Origin: Calcarisporiella thermophila CBS 279.70
Taxonomy: Eukaryota; Fungi; Calcarisporiellomycota
DNA: 64,000 bases
NCBI RefSeq assembly: GCF_041956535.1
Contig: NW_027192210.1
Coordinates: 442,021 to 506,020 of the forward strand
Reading direction: 5' to 3'
Position numbers and translations under genes: made by a program. A model generated the notes under the pieces. It worked only from the letters and a program-made list of their open reading frames with translations, had not been told where the DNA came from and did no database searches. How positions within the stretch are numbered: position 1 is the stretch's first letter; each line of letters starts with the position of its first letter. Positions 31,078 to 44,102 of the stretch are shown here, piece after piece.

Positions 31078-33326
31078 TTAGTTGATATTTTGTATTTGTC
31101 TACCCGATGTTAATTCACTTATAACAACTTCCAATTCCCCCTTGAATGTATCTAATAGCTCCAAGTTAAATACCTCATTACAAAAACCCTATAAATAACA
31201 ATATTTTAGGCATTGCATAGACATTTATCTATTATCTATAGATCATACCATTTCTTTAAGCAATTGCATTTGTCGGCAATATGGACCTTCATTCTGGTCT
31301 CCATTATCTTCACACGAGTAAGAAGACTTGTTTCCAAAATCAATGCTGGGCGCAATTGATGGATAGATATTATATCGTGATGCTTCCCTGACCTCCTGAA
31401 ATCTTTCTACTCCATTCGATTCAACCAATTCTCGTGTCGATTGCTCTGAAACTACAATATCACACCATACTCTATCGCCAAACCGCTGGCCGCTTGGCGT
31501 GACAAGCCGCCAATATGATACATATCGCCCTACCTTGTTCGGTGTTTGTAACTCCACTCGTACATCCACTTCCTCGCCTACTGCCACACTCCGATATGAG
31601 TCGACTACCATAAAGCTTATAGGAAATTGTGCATCTAAGGGCGACATAGAGTCTCCTCCTGCAAACACTATGACTGTACCAAGAGGCCAAGGCGAATTCC
31701 CCTCATTGCGTAGCCGCCAGATTTTGTGAAATCCGGTTGAGGGAGGCATGTGTGAACCGTCTGGGATATTAATATCAGAGACAAATCTCGCATCCAATTT
31801 TTTTTCTAGTTAAAAGATTGATATAAATAATAAGAACAAACATTAAAGGATAAATGAAATAGAATCTTACGCAGACATCGTACTGGAATCGAACTTTCAG
31901 AGACTTCACTTTTCATTTTCAATTCGTCTGAGTAAGCTGCATCGAGAGATCTCTCAATAACAAATCCTATGGCTCCTCCATTCTGGATGGTATCTGATTT
32001 CATATTTGGCACTTTAGTCATATCTACAAAACCTACTGCCACAAATGAGTGTCCCGGGTGTTGAGTTGGAGCAAGAGGGAGGCATGCATAGCAGAGATCA
32101 AAATCCGGACAATCAGCGCATTTAAACCGCAGAATATTGATGGGGATTTTACAAAAATCACAAGTTGCTCCATAATATTCGGTTTCTTTAAGAAAAGATT
32201 ATTTCGTATATATATATTTTTTACTTCTTTATAAATTAAACTTACGATTTTCTACCAAGTTAAACTGCTCTTGTGGGAACGGTATCGGTGCGAGAGAGTG
32301 ATGAGCTGGGTGCTTGTCATTGTGGTAATCAACACATTTTTGGCATACATTAAAATCACTACAGGTTTTGCATCTCCAACACATCCTAGTTTCAATAGTA
32401 GCAGATAAATTAGGTTATTTAAATAGGATGCTTATACAGTATATATCTTACCCGTAAATCATCCTCTTACATCCGAAACATAATATGAAAGGGTGAATAA
32501 TAGGTTCGCATAGTGGAACTAGTGCACCGGGCCGTACTGCTATTGGGATTTCGATAAGGGCTTCTTTCTTCTTTGTCTACAAAATAGGAAGAATTGGTAA
32601 CCCATGAATACTCAAAATCTCATTTACATATATATATATATATATTACCATTTTCGACAAAATACTAGAGCAAGGCTCAATCGCATTTGCGTGTGAAGAG
32701 CATGGTCGTTGAGTCTCAGCATATCTCATATTAAGGTCAGGACTTTGAATTGATTTGGGAAGAGAATCACATATATTCATTCTTGCTTCGGTCAATTCTC
32801 GATCCTTTCTATTACCACTAGTTACGAAATTAGGAAAATCCCAATTACGCGTGTGGGAATTATCAGATAAAGGAGCAGCAATTTTTGCAGAAGTCGAGCT
32901 GAAAGGCGCTTGTTCGCGGTTTACACTCGAAATACCATTCGTGCTTATTTTTCGCATTTTAACAAGAGAATCCGACTTTAAATTTTCGACTCTCAGCTTG
33001 ACGGTAATTTTTTTGCTTTGCTCCCACTCAACTGGACAACAGCTTCTGAAGAACACAAGTGACCCTTTCCAGTCTTCCTCGCTAATTACTGCTATGCTAT
33101 TCCCTTCATTACCATCATAAAACAGCCTAATATTATTGTCCTGAAGTAACGTAGATATCTATATCGATGTGTTAATAAAACACTGTATGAAACTAAATAA
33201 AATGCCAAGCATTATTACAGTTGATAGCAGGTGGTTGAAATTAGGAATGTGAGGAAATGTAAGACGGCGTGTGCGATTGCGATGAGCAATCTTAAGAACC
33301 ATTGGTGTGTCGAAAGTATAAGACAT
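31078..33326 (-). CDS. NBR1: NBR1-like selective autophagy receptor (PB1, ZZ zinc finger, NBR1/FW and UBA domains)
   Basis: PB1: MVLKIAHRNRTRRLTF...YDGNEGNSIAVISEEDW. ZZ: ICFGC...WRCKTCSDFNVCQKC...H. FW: ARFVSDINIPDG...KIWRLRNEG...W...YVSYWRL...FGDRVWCDI. UBA: QLLKEMGFCNEVFNLELL. Confidence 0.9.
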
Positions 33327-33519
33327 GTTATAAACGGAGGATATAGCTTTTATTCTTCAAATTAAAGAATGAAAGGAAAAAGGATACATGAGTTGATATT
33401 TAATAAGTTAAGAAAGTAAAAGACAATTTGCTACTTGAGGAAGAAATGCTCGGCATTGTGGCTTATTTTCGCTCCAATATCCAATAGTTTATTTTAATAT
33501 ACAAAACAAAAAACCGTAC

Positions 33520-34884
33520 TCACTGGACAACCGAGCTAAAATCCGTTGTGCTCTCCTTAAGCTTTTTTTGCCGACGCTCTTCTTCTGCCTTTTCTCTTTC
33601 CTGCTGTCTCTTTTTATATCTACAAATGACAAAATCATACATATTTGAATTTCTACAAATATTCCATAAATATAAATATTATCTTACAGCTGTGATTCAG
33701 GGTTTTTAGCTGGATTTAGGCATAATCTCCTACGGCGATCTATATCTTTTGCTGTCTCTTGTGTTGTTGGAGTGAATCCTGCCATCACTCGCTCTATATC
33801 CTCACATATCCTCGTAAGCATTGCAAGTGACTGGGTGTCTTCCTTGGTTTTACCCTCCAAGTAGCTAGTGACAAAGTAAAGATCAATATTTTAGAAAGTC
33901 AATTCTATACAGGAATAAATTACCCATTTATATCTAGACCGTTCTCTCTAGCAGCCATTCGCAATAAACCAAGTGCGATTTGGGACGGCTGATAAACAAA
34001 ACAAAGGTCCGTAAATAGTGATTGATGAACAAGATCAATGGCCCGCTCATTCACTCGTCTGAGTGCCTCTTTATCATCTATCACATTCTAATAATGTCAA
34101 AAGCGTCACAAAACCAAATCTAATAGACTTGTAGAAAATATTATCCCAATAGACCTGCATATCAAGGAAAAGCCCGTGAAGCGGAAGATAGGGATGATGT
34201 ACGGCAAAGTGAAATCGCAAACCTTGAGAAACCACAAATTCAAGTCCTAGCACATCATCACTAGAAGTACGAGGAATATCCTTTAAGAAGTCATCGATGG
34301 AGATGTGGTTGTTCTGGGTTTTGGTTGCCAAGTAAATACACGTTAACCTAATAATACAATAAAATACGATTTGAATAAAATAAAGTATCTTAAATAATTA
34401 ATTATTTACATGACATCCTTCGGATTATAGTCCATAACTGTATTATAAAGATAGAATCGCTTCATGTATAATATGGCAGTAGCCTAGAGAAATGAATTTG
34501 TTTAATCTCGATTTCTTGAAATATAAATCGTTTGGCTCACCATAACCTCGTCATGAAACCGAAAATGTCTTGATAAATCTCGACATTTCAGCTCATAAAA
34601 TCTACAAAGAGCAAGCTCATCGTCTGCAGTCAAATATTCCACTTCTTCGCTTTGATTATTTCCACTAAGATTCTGATGCAGAGTAACTTAAGAAATTATA
34701 ATTATGGATTGAAAGTAAAATAGCTGCATACCCTCTCCTCAATTATATTAGTGCGTATTGTCTCAATGGCATGAGCATTTGTAGAACGGCGAACGTCTTC
34801 TAATTCTGACCAACTAAATCGCCAATTTCTATACTGCGTACATTGTTCATAAAGAGGCCGAGGATTTTGTACTGCCTCTGGCAT
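33520..34884 (-). CDS. CCL1: Cyclin H (Ccl1/Mcs2; CAK/TFIIK cyclin), multi-exon
   Basis: LYEQCTQYRNWRFS; ATAIIYMKRFYLYNTVMDY; LEFVVSQGLRFHFAVHHPYLPLHG; TDLCFVYQPSQIALG. Confidence 0.92.
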
Positions 34885-35075
34885 ATTTCAATAATTTAGA
34901 TAATCCTTCAGTAAGAAAAAGGAGATTCGTACGCGAATATATTTCACAGTCCAACTCGAATATTTCAATTTGATATGATCAGGCACTAGGAAAGAGTCCG
35001 AATTATACTAATATTCAAACAGGATATAAGCTCTTGCTTTAGATAACATATTTCATCCAATTTAAAAATCATAAC

Positions 35076-35616
35076 NNNNNNNNNNNNNNNNNNNNNNNNN
35101 NNNNNNNNNNNNNNNNNNNNNNNNNNNNNNNNNNNNNNNNNNNNNNNNNNNNNNNNNNNNNNNNNNNNNNNNNNNNNNNNNNNNNNNNNNNNNNNNNNNN
35201 NNNNNNNNNNNNNNNNNNNNNNNNNNNNNNNNNNNNNNNNNNNNNNNNNNNNNNNNNNNNNNNNNNNNNNNNNNNNNNNNNNNNNNNNNNNNNNNNNNNN
35301 NNNNNNNNNNNNNNNNNNNNNNNNNNNNNNNNNNNNNNNNNNNNNNNNNNNNNNNNNNNNNNNNNNNNNNNNNNNNNNNNNNNNNNNNNNNNNNNNNNNN
35401 NNNNNNNNNNNNNNNNNNNNNNNNNNNNNNNNNNNNNNNNNNNNNNNNNNNNNNNNNNNNNNNNNNNNNNNNNNNNNNNNNNNNNNNNNNNNNNNNNNNN
35501 NNNNNNNNNNNNNNNNNNNNNNNNNNNNNNNNNNNNNNNNNNNNNNNNNNNNNNNNNNNNNNNNNNNNNNNNNNNNNNNNNNNNNNNNNNNNNNNNNNNN
35601 NNNNNNNNNNNNNNNN
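35076..35616. other. Assembly gap (541 N) with very AT-rich flanks
   Basis: Run of n from 35076 to 35616. Confidence 0.99.
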
Positions 35617-36130
35617 CAATGTACTAAGCTAAATACATAATAAAAATAAATAATAATATATATAAAGATATTTATAGTAATATTTAAAAAATTTTGTAAA
35701 TTATTCAAAAATAAACCAATAAATATTGAAGAAATCTTGTAAAAATTTATATTTAGTAGAATTTTCCTAATTGTTTTAAAAATTTTTTTATTTTTCATTT
35801 AAAATTTTTTGAAATTACTGAAAACTCATTCGTCATAATTTCAAAATTGTTGATTTATATTGACAGAATAACATTGTGAAGAAACTTTACAAAGTAATAA
35901 TAGGCAGGGCAAAGCATAAGAGTAATCAATATTATTTTAGTTTTTCTTAGTGTATATAAATATAATTTTCCTTTACGCCCATTTATTTGCGGTATCGCTA
36001 TTTATTTATAATTTTATTCGCGTCTCCTACGATTTATGAAATGTATAGAGGCGCGTTCAATATTTATTTAAAACCCCGAGTAGCAAATATTTGAATGCAA
36101 TACGGAATTTTAACTTTGCTATACTTTCAA

Positions 36131-37638
36131 ATGAGCAACAGTTTAACAGTTGACGAAACTAAACTTGCTTCGTTATGTCGCGAAATTATTCGCAGTGGTG
36201 ATCCCAATACACTTACTGCGCGTCGAATTCGTCGCGAAATAGAGAAACGACTGGGATTAGACTCGTTTGCACTTGATGAACATCCATGGAAGAAAAAAAC
36301 TAACGAGTTGATCAATGCTATATTTGTATGCCAACGCTTTTTTAAAATATACTGAGACTTAAGAATAATTTTTTTGTTAATATATGGTAGGAGGAACATA
36401 CTTTACACGATGTAAATGAGTCAGCACTGGTCAATGAATTGAGCTCAGCAAACAAGAAGGAAACGACGGGAGAAAATGCTCTGTTGACTCCTCAATCGAG
36501 ATCTAAGCAAAGATCTCAGAATGATATACATGGGAAAGCTTTACCGCAGGCAGATGTTATTATTGATAGCGATGTAAATGACGAGAGTGAAGGTGAACGT
36601 TTAATCATGTCCAAGAGAAAGAAAAGAAAAAGAACGATACAAGATGAGGAAGACGAATCTGGAGACGATGAACCCGATGAAGAAAGAGAGAAGAATCAAA
36701 AGATTGAATTTATGGTCAATGATAGTCAACATGAACTGAAAAATGGAGATAAAGAATTGGTCAAGTCAGGTGATAATGCGTTAAATCCCTCGTCTTCAAA
36801 GAAAAAGGTTGAAACAACACATGGGAAAAAGGATAAATACAAAGTAAAACTTTATGAACTTCCATACATTTTTCCTTAACTTAATAACTCTTCATGTTTA
36901 TAGGGAAAGACAAAAATTGTTAAGGAGGGAGAAAAGAGTAATCCGCAATTAGAAGATGAAGAATTAAGTGAGATAGAGGATATACCAGTGCGTTCAAGAA
37001 AATCAAAGGAAAAGAAAAAAGGCGCTGGAGAAAAGGTTATAATCAAAACGTGTTATTTTTCTTGTGAATTTTTTGTGACATATAGGTGTTTTCTCTAGGA
37101 ACAATCAACAAATAAGGACGAAGAATCGATCAAAAGATTAAAGGGCTATATAAATAAGTGTGGAGTTCGGAAGATTTGGTCCAAAGAACTGGCCGGTATT
37201 GAATCGCCACGTTCGCAGATCAAAAAGTTAAAACAGATGCTAGCGGATCTGGGAATTGAAGGCACTAGTACTTTGCATAAAGCTTTTAAATTTATTCTCA
37301 CTATTGTTTTTACTCCTTTAGGGAGACCAGAAATGTAAGAAAATTCGGGAAATGCGAGAGCTCCAGGCTGAACGAGAAGCTCTTAATATCGAAAACGTAA
37401 TAGAAGAGTCTATAAACGAAAAAAGAGGAGTTAGAAGTAGACGGCAAAAACCTTTCACAGATAACGAGAGCAAGTCTGAAAATACTGTACGTATTTTATC
37501 TTTATTTGAGCCTAAAAACAATTTATTGGCTAAATTCAAATTGTATCTAACTTCAATTTAATGCTTTTTCTTTTCAAGTCCGTAGGACTCGATTTTTCAT
37601 TTCTTGGTGACCAGGGCTCTACAGATGAGAGTGATTGA
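36131..37638 (+). CDS. HIRIP3-like histone chaperone (DEK-C-like N-terminus, acidic/basic middle, conserved C-terminus); possible frameshift near 37330
   Basis: LCREIIRSGDPNTLTARRIRREIEKRLGL; IKRLKGYINKCGVRKIWSKEL...IKKLKQMLADLGIEG; KCKKIREMRELQAE; terminal LDFSFLGDQGSTDESD. Confidence 0.75.
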
Positions 37639-38365
37639 TGCAGAGTTATGGCCTCTAGAATTATCTAAAAACTGGCAGGTTGACATATATTAGTATAATA
37701 AACACTGTAAAATTGGCTTGAGCAGTTAGGGGGATACACAAATATTTGAATGAAAGTGGGATTGTAAGAATACAAGTGATATGATGGGCTTAGTCGATAT
37801 AATTTTCTAGCTTAGGTCAGTATTGCAAGAATTTCACCCAGTGGTTATTTTTTAACATACTCAGAACTTGCTTTCATTTATGAAGAAATGAATAGGCTTA
37901 TTATTTAGTTTTGGGAAGCGTAAAAAAGTAAACACGCAGTGTTGTCTTGCATTATAGATCAAGGTTGAAGCTATTGCCTGACGCAATTTTTTGTGCACAA
38001 TATATAATATTGTGTATAGTCACATACCATAACTAACAGTTCCAACACTCACACACACCACCATACTAAGGCAATACAACCAGAAGCGCTGATTGTTGTA
38101 GTTACTGTAACAAACCAGTCTTCACCAATATGTGCAGTCACAACCTAGTTCCAAGATTAATTCCAAAACCTGTTTTAATATTATTGTTAGACCTTGCTTT
38201 ATATATAAGAATTAAGTGTGAACAAGACATCAGGAAGAGAAGAAACTCTTACTATTTTTCTAGTATCATTATTGACATTATCTTGTCTGTCCATCTCTAC
38301 TTTTTAATAAATCCTTAGTCCTCTTTCGTCAGCCGTGGCTGCTCTCATTACAGTTCCATAAGTTA

Positions 38366-39205
38366 ATGTATCAAACACCAAGCTACCCTACGGGAGCAGT
38401 TCGGAAGAAGAAGGGCAAGGTGCCCATTGAACATGATCATGGATCCGACAGGGCGCCCAGTCCCAACTCTGGACTCCCTGCACCAACCCCAGACTTTGTG
38501 TGGAATGTGCTGCAAGTTAAGCACGGGCTGCCTATAGGACAGGAAGATATTGGGACTCCTGAGTGGGTGGGGCAGCTCGAGGATGTAGAACAATGTGTTG
38601 GCCCTACCGATGATGAGATACTGCTAGAGGAGTTTGGATTGGAGGTGGCTGCCCCTCCCATTAACCGCCTGCCCGTGGCTTGTACGGCCATGGAGGCCAG
38701 GACAGACCTTGAGCAATTAAGTATAGACTGGGAAAAATAGTATGAGTCCATGTATGGTCATGATGGCAGCGGAGAACTGGTCTATCATAGCCTTCCCAAG
38801 AGACCATACCCTGGCCCAACCCATGGCTGTATCTGCGTCCACTCACCTCCCCTCTCCACAGTATTTGAGGTGGACGACAGACTCGTGGCGATTCCTGGCG
38901 ACAACGGTGAGGGCCGCGTGGTTCATGGGAGGCTCTGCCCACATGGGACTGGCATCACCTTATTTCCTTGGCATCATGAGGTGCAGCCTCTCGACGCTTT
39001 GCTCCGCATAGCTAGCGGGGACCGGCATCCGTTGTTCATCACAGCGCATCACCATGCCACGTGGGGGTTGCTTTTCTGCATGCTTGCCTCAGCGTTAGGA
39101 ACCGTGGCTTACATGGTCGGCGAAGACGAATGCTCAGCCTGCGCCTCGCATCGAGCGGCAGAGAAAGATTGTCGGTTGGTAATAGATCCTCCTGGTCACT
39201 TGTAA
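38366..39205 (+). CDS. Orphan protein (about 262-279 aa) with C-terminal CxxC; in-frame TAG at 38738-38740 may be removed by a 51-nt intron
   Basis: ORFs 38366-38740 and 38750-39205 share one frame; GC-richer than the flanks; ends ...YMVGEDECSACASHRAAEKDCRLVI. Confidence 0.5.
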
Positions 39206-40283
39206 ACAGTGAGATAGGTGGCTCGCGCATGTCATGAGGAGACGTAATCAGCAAGGGCAGCTCACGCCCTACGAATTAAGGCCCGTTCGCTGTCTGTCGT
39301 GACGGGAGCACCCGTAGGAGGGCTTGCAGACTAGGACCTGGCACGGCACAATGCAATAGGCGGGTGGCACCTTGGGCATGTTACCCCGTACGACGCTGGG
39401 CACTGACAGCCCCTTGCTCGCGATCCTGGTGAGCCAGCATGTTGAAGGTTTGCGACATCACATAGGTCATAGTAGCAGGGACGTGTGGATGCGCTGCGCA
39501 CACTGATCAACGCGCAGGCGAGCCGCCCACTTGTTTAGTCTTGTGGAAGAAGTGCGGCGTTTTTTCTCGCGTTCATTGGAGAGGACTACAGGAAGGATGT
39601 GGGAGTGAATGAGTTGCGACCCTGAGAGGTGTTTATTGAGGCTGTCTGCCTAACCTAAAACGGCTCGGCTTTGATCAAGGTACAAATTCTTGAATACTAT
39701 TTATTTGCATTTTCCAACTTTACATCAAAAATTTTATACTGAATTTAAACCAACATAAATACCTCTTATATCGTGATTTTATCTTCATTATGGTAACTCT
39801 TTCGACTTCCATTCCTCGCTTTATTTCTCAGTTTGGGACTCGTTTCTTACCAAATGCTACATGTAAAAGTGGCAAGGGGTCTTTAAAAAATAGTTCATCT
39901 TCACTTGCTTTCAAAGAACAATTGGACAGCATTGCTCAGTTCTTTTTCATTCCAGAGATGGGATGCTTTGTATACTCATTTACTAGTGCACACAGATAAT
40001 CCTTATAATACTAAAGTTTAATATCTAAAAAATTTATCAAGCATTGATTCTATATCTCTATCTCTGCTTCTGCCCAATTCCTTGTGGAAACTCCCAATAT
40101 ACAAACTCGACACAACACAATTGCGGAGTTTCCACTCGTATTTCAAATACGTGTAAAAGCATAATTGAGCCTCTGAAACAAAGCTGTCTAAATATTGAAC
40201 ATCCTTATGAACAAGCCACAGGGGCAAAAATTAAGTATATGTATAGGGGTAACAAAAAAACAAAAATCGAAGCTAATAAAAGG

Positions 40284-41290
40284 ATGGCCAATCTCTTCCA
40301 CATTATTCTCTATCACATTATACATTTTTTTTATAGTATCCATTTGTCTGTTACACGAGCATGGAGCTGGGCAACTCAATACATAAATGAACGCATAGCA
40401 AGTCCACCATCATGTCAGATAATACACCACGATCTTGCACCACTTCCTAAGAAGCCTCACCACCTAACTGTAGTGCTACCGCGACTAGAAAGTGAACAAC
40501 AGCTGGGTGATACAATAAGAGATATTGCGATGCTAGCATGTTGGTGTGTGGAAGCTCGAATCGCATTCCTTTCTATTTACGAATCAAGCGGTATATAACA
40601 TTATTATAGTATTCTATGAGCACTTGCTAATTTGTAAATTCATTTATCTACATAGGGAAAATTAAGCATGAAATTGATGCTATTACAAAAGAGATAGCAC
40701 GTTTGAAAATAAAATGGTTTGGCGAAGAGGACAAGCATCAGGTTAAAGTTGGTGCAATGAGCCTACTGAATGGTGTGAAATATGTGAATGGTTTAAAACC
40801 AACGAATGGAAAATATAGTACATTACATCAATACTCACCTGGTAAGTAAATTTCTAAAATTTCGCTGCGAAGTTATACTTACCTATATTAATAGATCTTA
40901 ATGTAATATTACTGTCCCATGAGGATGGATATCGACATGTTGTTGAAGCAACCAAGAGTATTTGCCAATCAGTTAATCATGGAGATATTGCTGAAAAAGA
41001 GATAAGCATGGAGTTGGTTGATGATAGAATAAGTGGTAAGTAACTGTTCCAGGTTTTCACTAATGTTTATCATTAATCGTACTTTTGTAGCTTCATTCTC
41101 CGAACCAAATCTAATGATTGTCCTTAGCAACACACGTTGGCCAGATCAGCCATTAAGGCTTTATGGATATCCACCTTGGCATATTCGGCTTACAGAGATT
41201 ATACATGTCGCAGCACCGCGTATCTCATATCGCGTCTTTCGCAATGCTCTCTATCGGTATGCCCGAGTAGAGCAGCGATTTGGGCGTTAA
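40284..41290 (+). CDS. NUS1: Cis-prenyltransferase regulatory subunit Nus1/NgBR, 4 exons
   Basis: LPKKPHHLTVVL; LACWCVEARIAFLSIYESSG; LLSHEDG; EPNLMIV...LYGYPPWHIRLTEI; C-terminal EQRFGR (RxG motif). Confidence 0.93.
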
Positions 41291-42094
41291 ATCAATTATA
41301 TAATATATACCAAAATTGTATAGTGGCTATTTTTTTTTTCTTTGTTTTTTCTGTGTCTAGAACGTATACTTGATTGTTATATTATATTAAATTGACTGGA
41401 TTAGATGCTTTATTTTGTTGTTCAATGATAATTTTATTCAATGTAAGAGAAGTGAGAACCTAAAAGCATGATGAAATAGTCAAAAGGTGGCTCTACTTAA
41501 AGCACTTGAAATGAAATGAAATATTGCACAAATGTCTGAACATGCAGTAGCTCTTGTATCTTGCAGGTAATGCAATTCGAGCTTTTTTATTTTTTTTTTT
41601 TGTATCGAGCCAAAATCTAGCCAAATATTTGGGGTTAAGAACTCTATCACCACTGAATATTTCAGCGGGGAAGAACTCAAATTCTGCAGCTGAAGGGTTC
41701 TTGTGCCTGCACTGATGTCAAAATGAAGCTATTTGCTTTCCTTTCTAGCACTTTCATTTTTCCTTTGACCACTAGCGGTAAAGGGGAACCAAGACGTCAA
41801 CTAATAATGGCTTGATGCTGCAAGCCTGGATCAGCGACTGCCAATGGCCGTCAGCGATGTTTGAAGAGTTAGTGTTGAGGCCTCGTTTTTTTAGTTCGCC
41901 TTTCAGGATAAAAATAAAAGTGGAGAAGGGGGATATGCCCAACTCTCTTATTCTACTATTCCGTCTCTACTTGTCTTTTTTAATGCGCAAGCTTTTCCAG
42001 TAGTTGTATCCTTTCCTTCATATACCATTCTTTCATAGCATTGCATTTAGTATTTATTCTCTCGCATTCAAGCATATTATTTAATATTTATTTT

Positions 42095-43102
42095 ATGGAA
42101 CGACAGGAGGATGAAAGTCGTTCTCCTCGTAGCGCTTTTTCGACCACGTCTTCTAGTGCAAGCAGTGCGGAGCGTAGGCGTAGCTTCGGTAGGTGTTAAT
42201 TCTATTAGGTACCACTAATTCATTTCAATAGAATCTTGAATTAGATTTCCACCTCCCGAGCCGTTATTCGCTCCCACCATCAACAAGCTCCCCAAGCACA
42301 GAACACCAATGGTGTCCTCTTGATAGGAGACACTTGCTCGCACTCCCCGACGGAAGTAAGCGTTGATAATTTTCTCGGATAATTACAACAGCCCTAGGCC
42401 ATAACTCCATATGACATAGCTTATTTCTCCATTGACGTTGAACCTTCTATCTTTACACTTCCAATGTTCCGAGCAATGCGCAACAGAATTCTTGAGCTAG
42501 AACACGTGCTCGACTTACCACGTCGTGACACGATCATTGAAAGACTGCATGCGGGCAACAGAGGCAGTGGCATTTCTTCAACCATCCATCAACCCTCGGC
42601 CACTCTTAATACATCTACTTTTATGAAAGAATCGTCTTCTCCACCGACACCTGAGATGACATGGTTTGTGGAACAGCCGGGGCCTCCGGGGAGTCCTCGA
42701 GGGCATCAGCAGCAAAATTCTAGTGGCACTCCTCTGAGCAGAGTGTATTTCACTAGATTTGCACCCTATAATTCTCCAATAATAAGGGGAAAGCAAGTAA
42801 GACAATTTTAATTCAACTGTTATCGGAAATATATTAGAACGGCTTAAATCACATAGAGAACACAGTATCAAACACGACACGCGCGTACCTCCTCTTCCTC
42901 TTCTATTGAACTTTCGCCCAAAGCACGCACAGATGTGAAATCCCCGGACCGCCCCACTAAACTACCAAAGCCATTTGATGAAACATTAATTATGCATCCA
43001 CCACTTGTAGAAGAGGAGGAGGAAGGAGAAGAGCGATCGCAGCGTCCAAGACTCTTTCCGCCTCCTCCCCCCTGGGAGCCTGGTGATAAGCATCCCCTCT
43101 AA
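42095..43102 (+). CDS. Hypothetical Ser/Pro-rich protein, probably 4 exons
   Basis: ATG at 42095; GT-AG introns link segments including MFRAMRNRILELEHVLDLPRRDTII; ends ...PPPPWEPGDKHPL*. No family recognised. Confidence 0.45.
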
Positions 43103-44102
43103 ATGCCAAATGATATAATATTTAGGATAATTTTTATCATAGAGTTTTAATCTTCCTCCCTCTAATTTTACATGTTTAACACTAATATCTGCTATTTTCC
43201 TTATTTTTTTTCCGGCGATTGCCTTTTCTCTAGATAAGATTTTTAACTAATTACCCCATTAATGAGCTTTCTTTTCGAATATATTTGCTTTTAAGATCGC
43301 ACTCAATGCCAAAATGATTTGAACATTGTCTTTATTTTCTGGTAGTGTGTTGTTTTTGCCCTTAATTAGATTCGATCCAGAATAAATCTCCAAAATGCGG
43401 TCGATCAGTTATTTATTTCATAATTTTGATTAGCTTTTCTACGGAATTTAGGGAGCTTCAGCTTGCTGAAGTTTTATTAATATATGATATAAGTTAAATG
43501 CTAGGTTGTCTGCATATATTCGCACACGTTCTCAATTTAATTTTCTTTATGCATAAAATTACTTGCTGGTCATCTTTCCGTCAGTAGTGGCTTTTATTTT
43601 AGCTGAACTAAATCCAGAGTATTCGATTATTGCCAGGACTCATAGCTTAGAATGTCTTTGCATAGGTTTTCTCTGGAATATTGAAAATATTAATTGCCGT
43701 ACATAATATGGAAACTGTTCTCTATTACTTCAAAATAATCCTATAGCAAGGTTTGGAACGATAGAGTGTTCAAATATCTGATGCCAATGCAACGCAAGGT
43801 TTAATCGTATTTATCACAGAGTTTGAAAGACTATAATTTAACTCTTGTTATTGTGTAGGCAAATAGCTTATATAATACATCCAAGAAACTTTTGAGTTGG
43901 ATTGAAATTGATTAAGATTTATCTGGATTCAGGCATTGTTTTGCGATGTTATTTCCTAGCGCTTTTACTCTAACTATTTCAGTATCTTACAACATGTATT
44001 AAATATATATAAGTTCAAAGTAAGGGCATCCTTACGTTTTGATATACTCAAGAAGAAACATTAAATACAATCGACATAAAATAAAAATTGATGTAATTCT
44101 GC

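Noticed and set aside
34986-35798. 270-aa and 185-aa ORFs
   Set aside because: Artefacts of reading through the N gap.
37996-38014. 8-bp inverted repeat CACAATAT-ATA-ATATTGTG
   Set aside because: Short and AT-rich; expected by chance.
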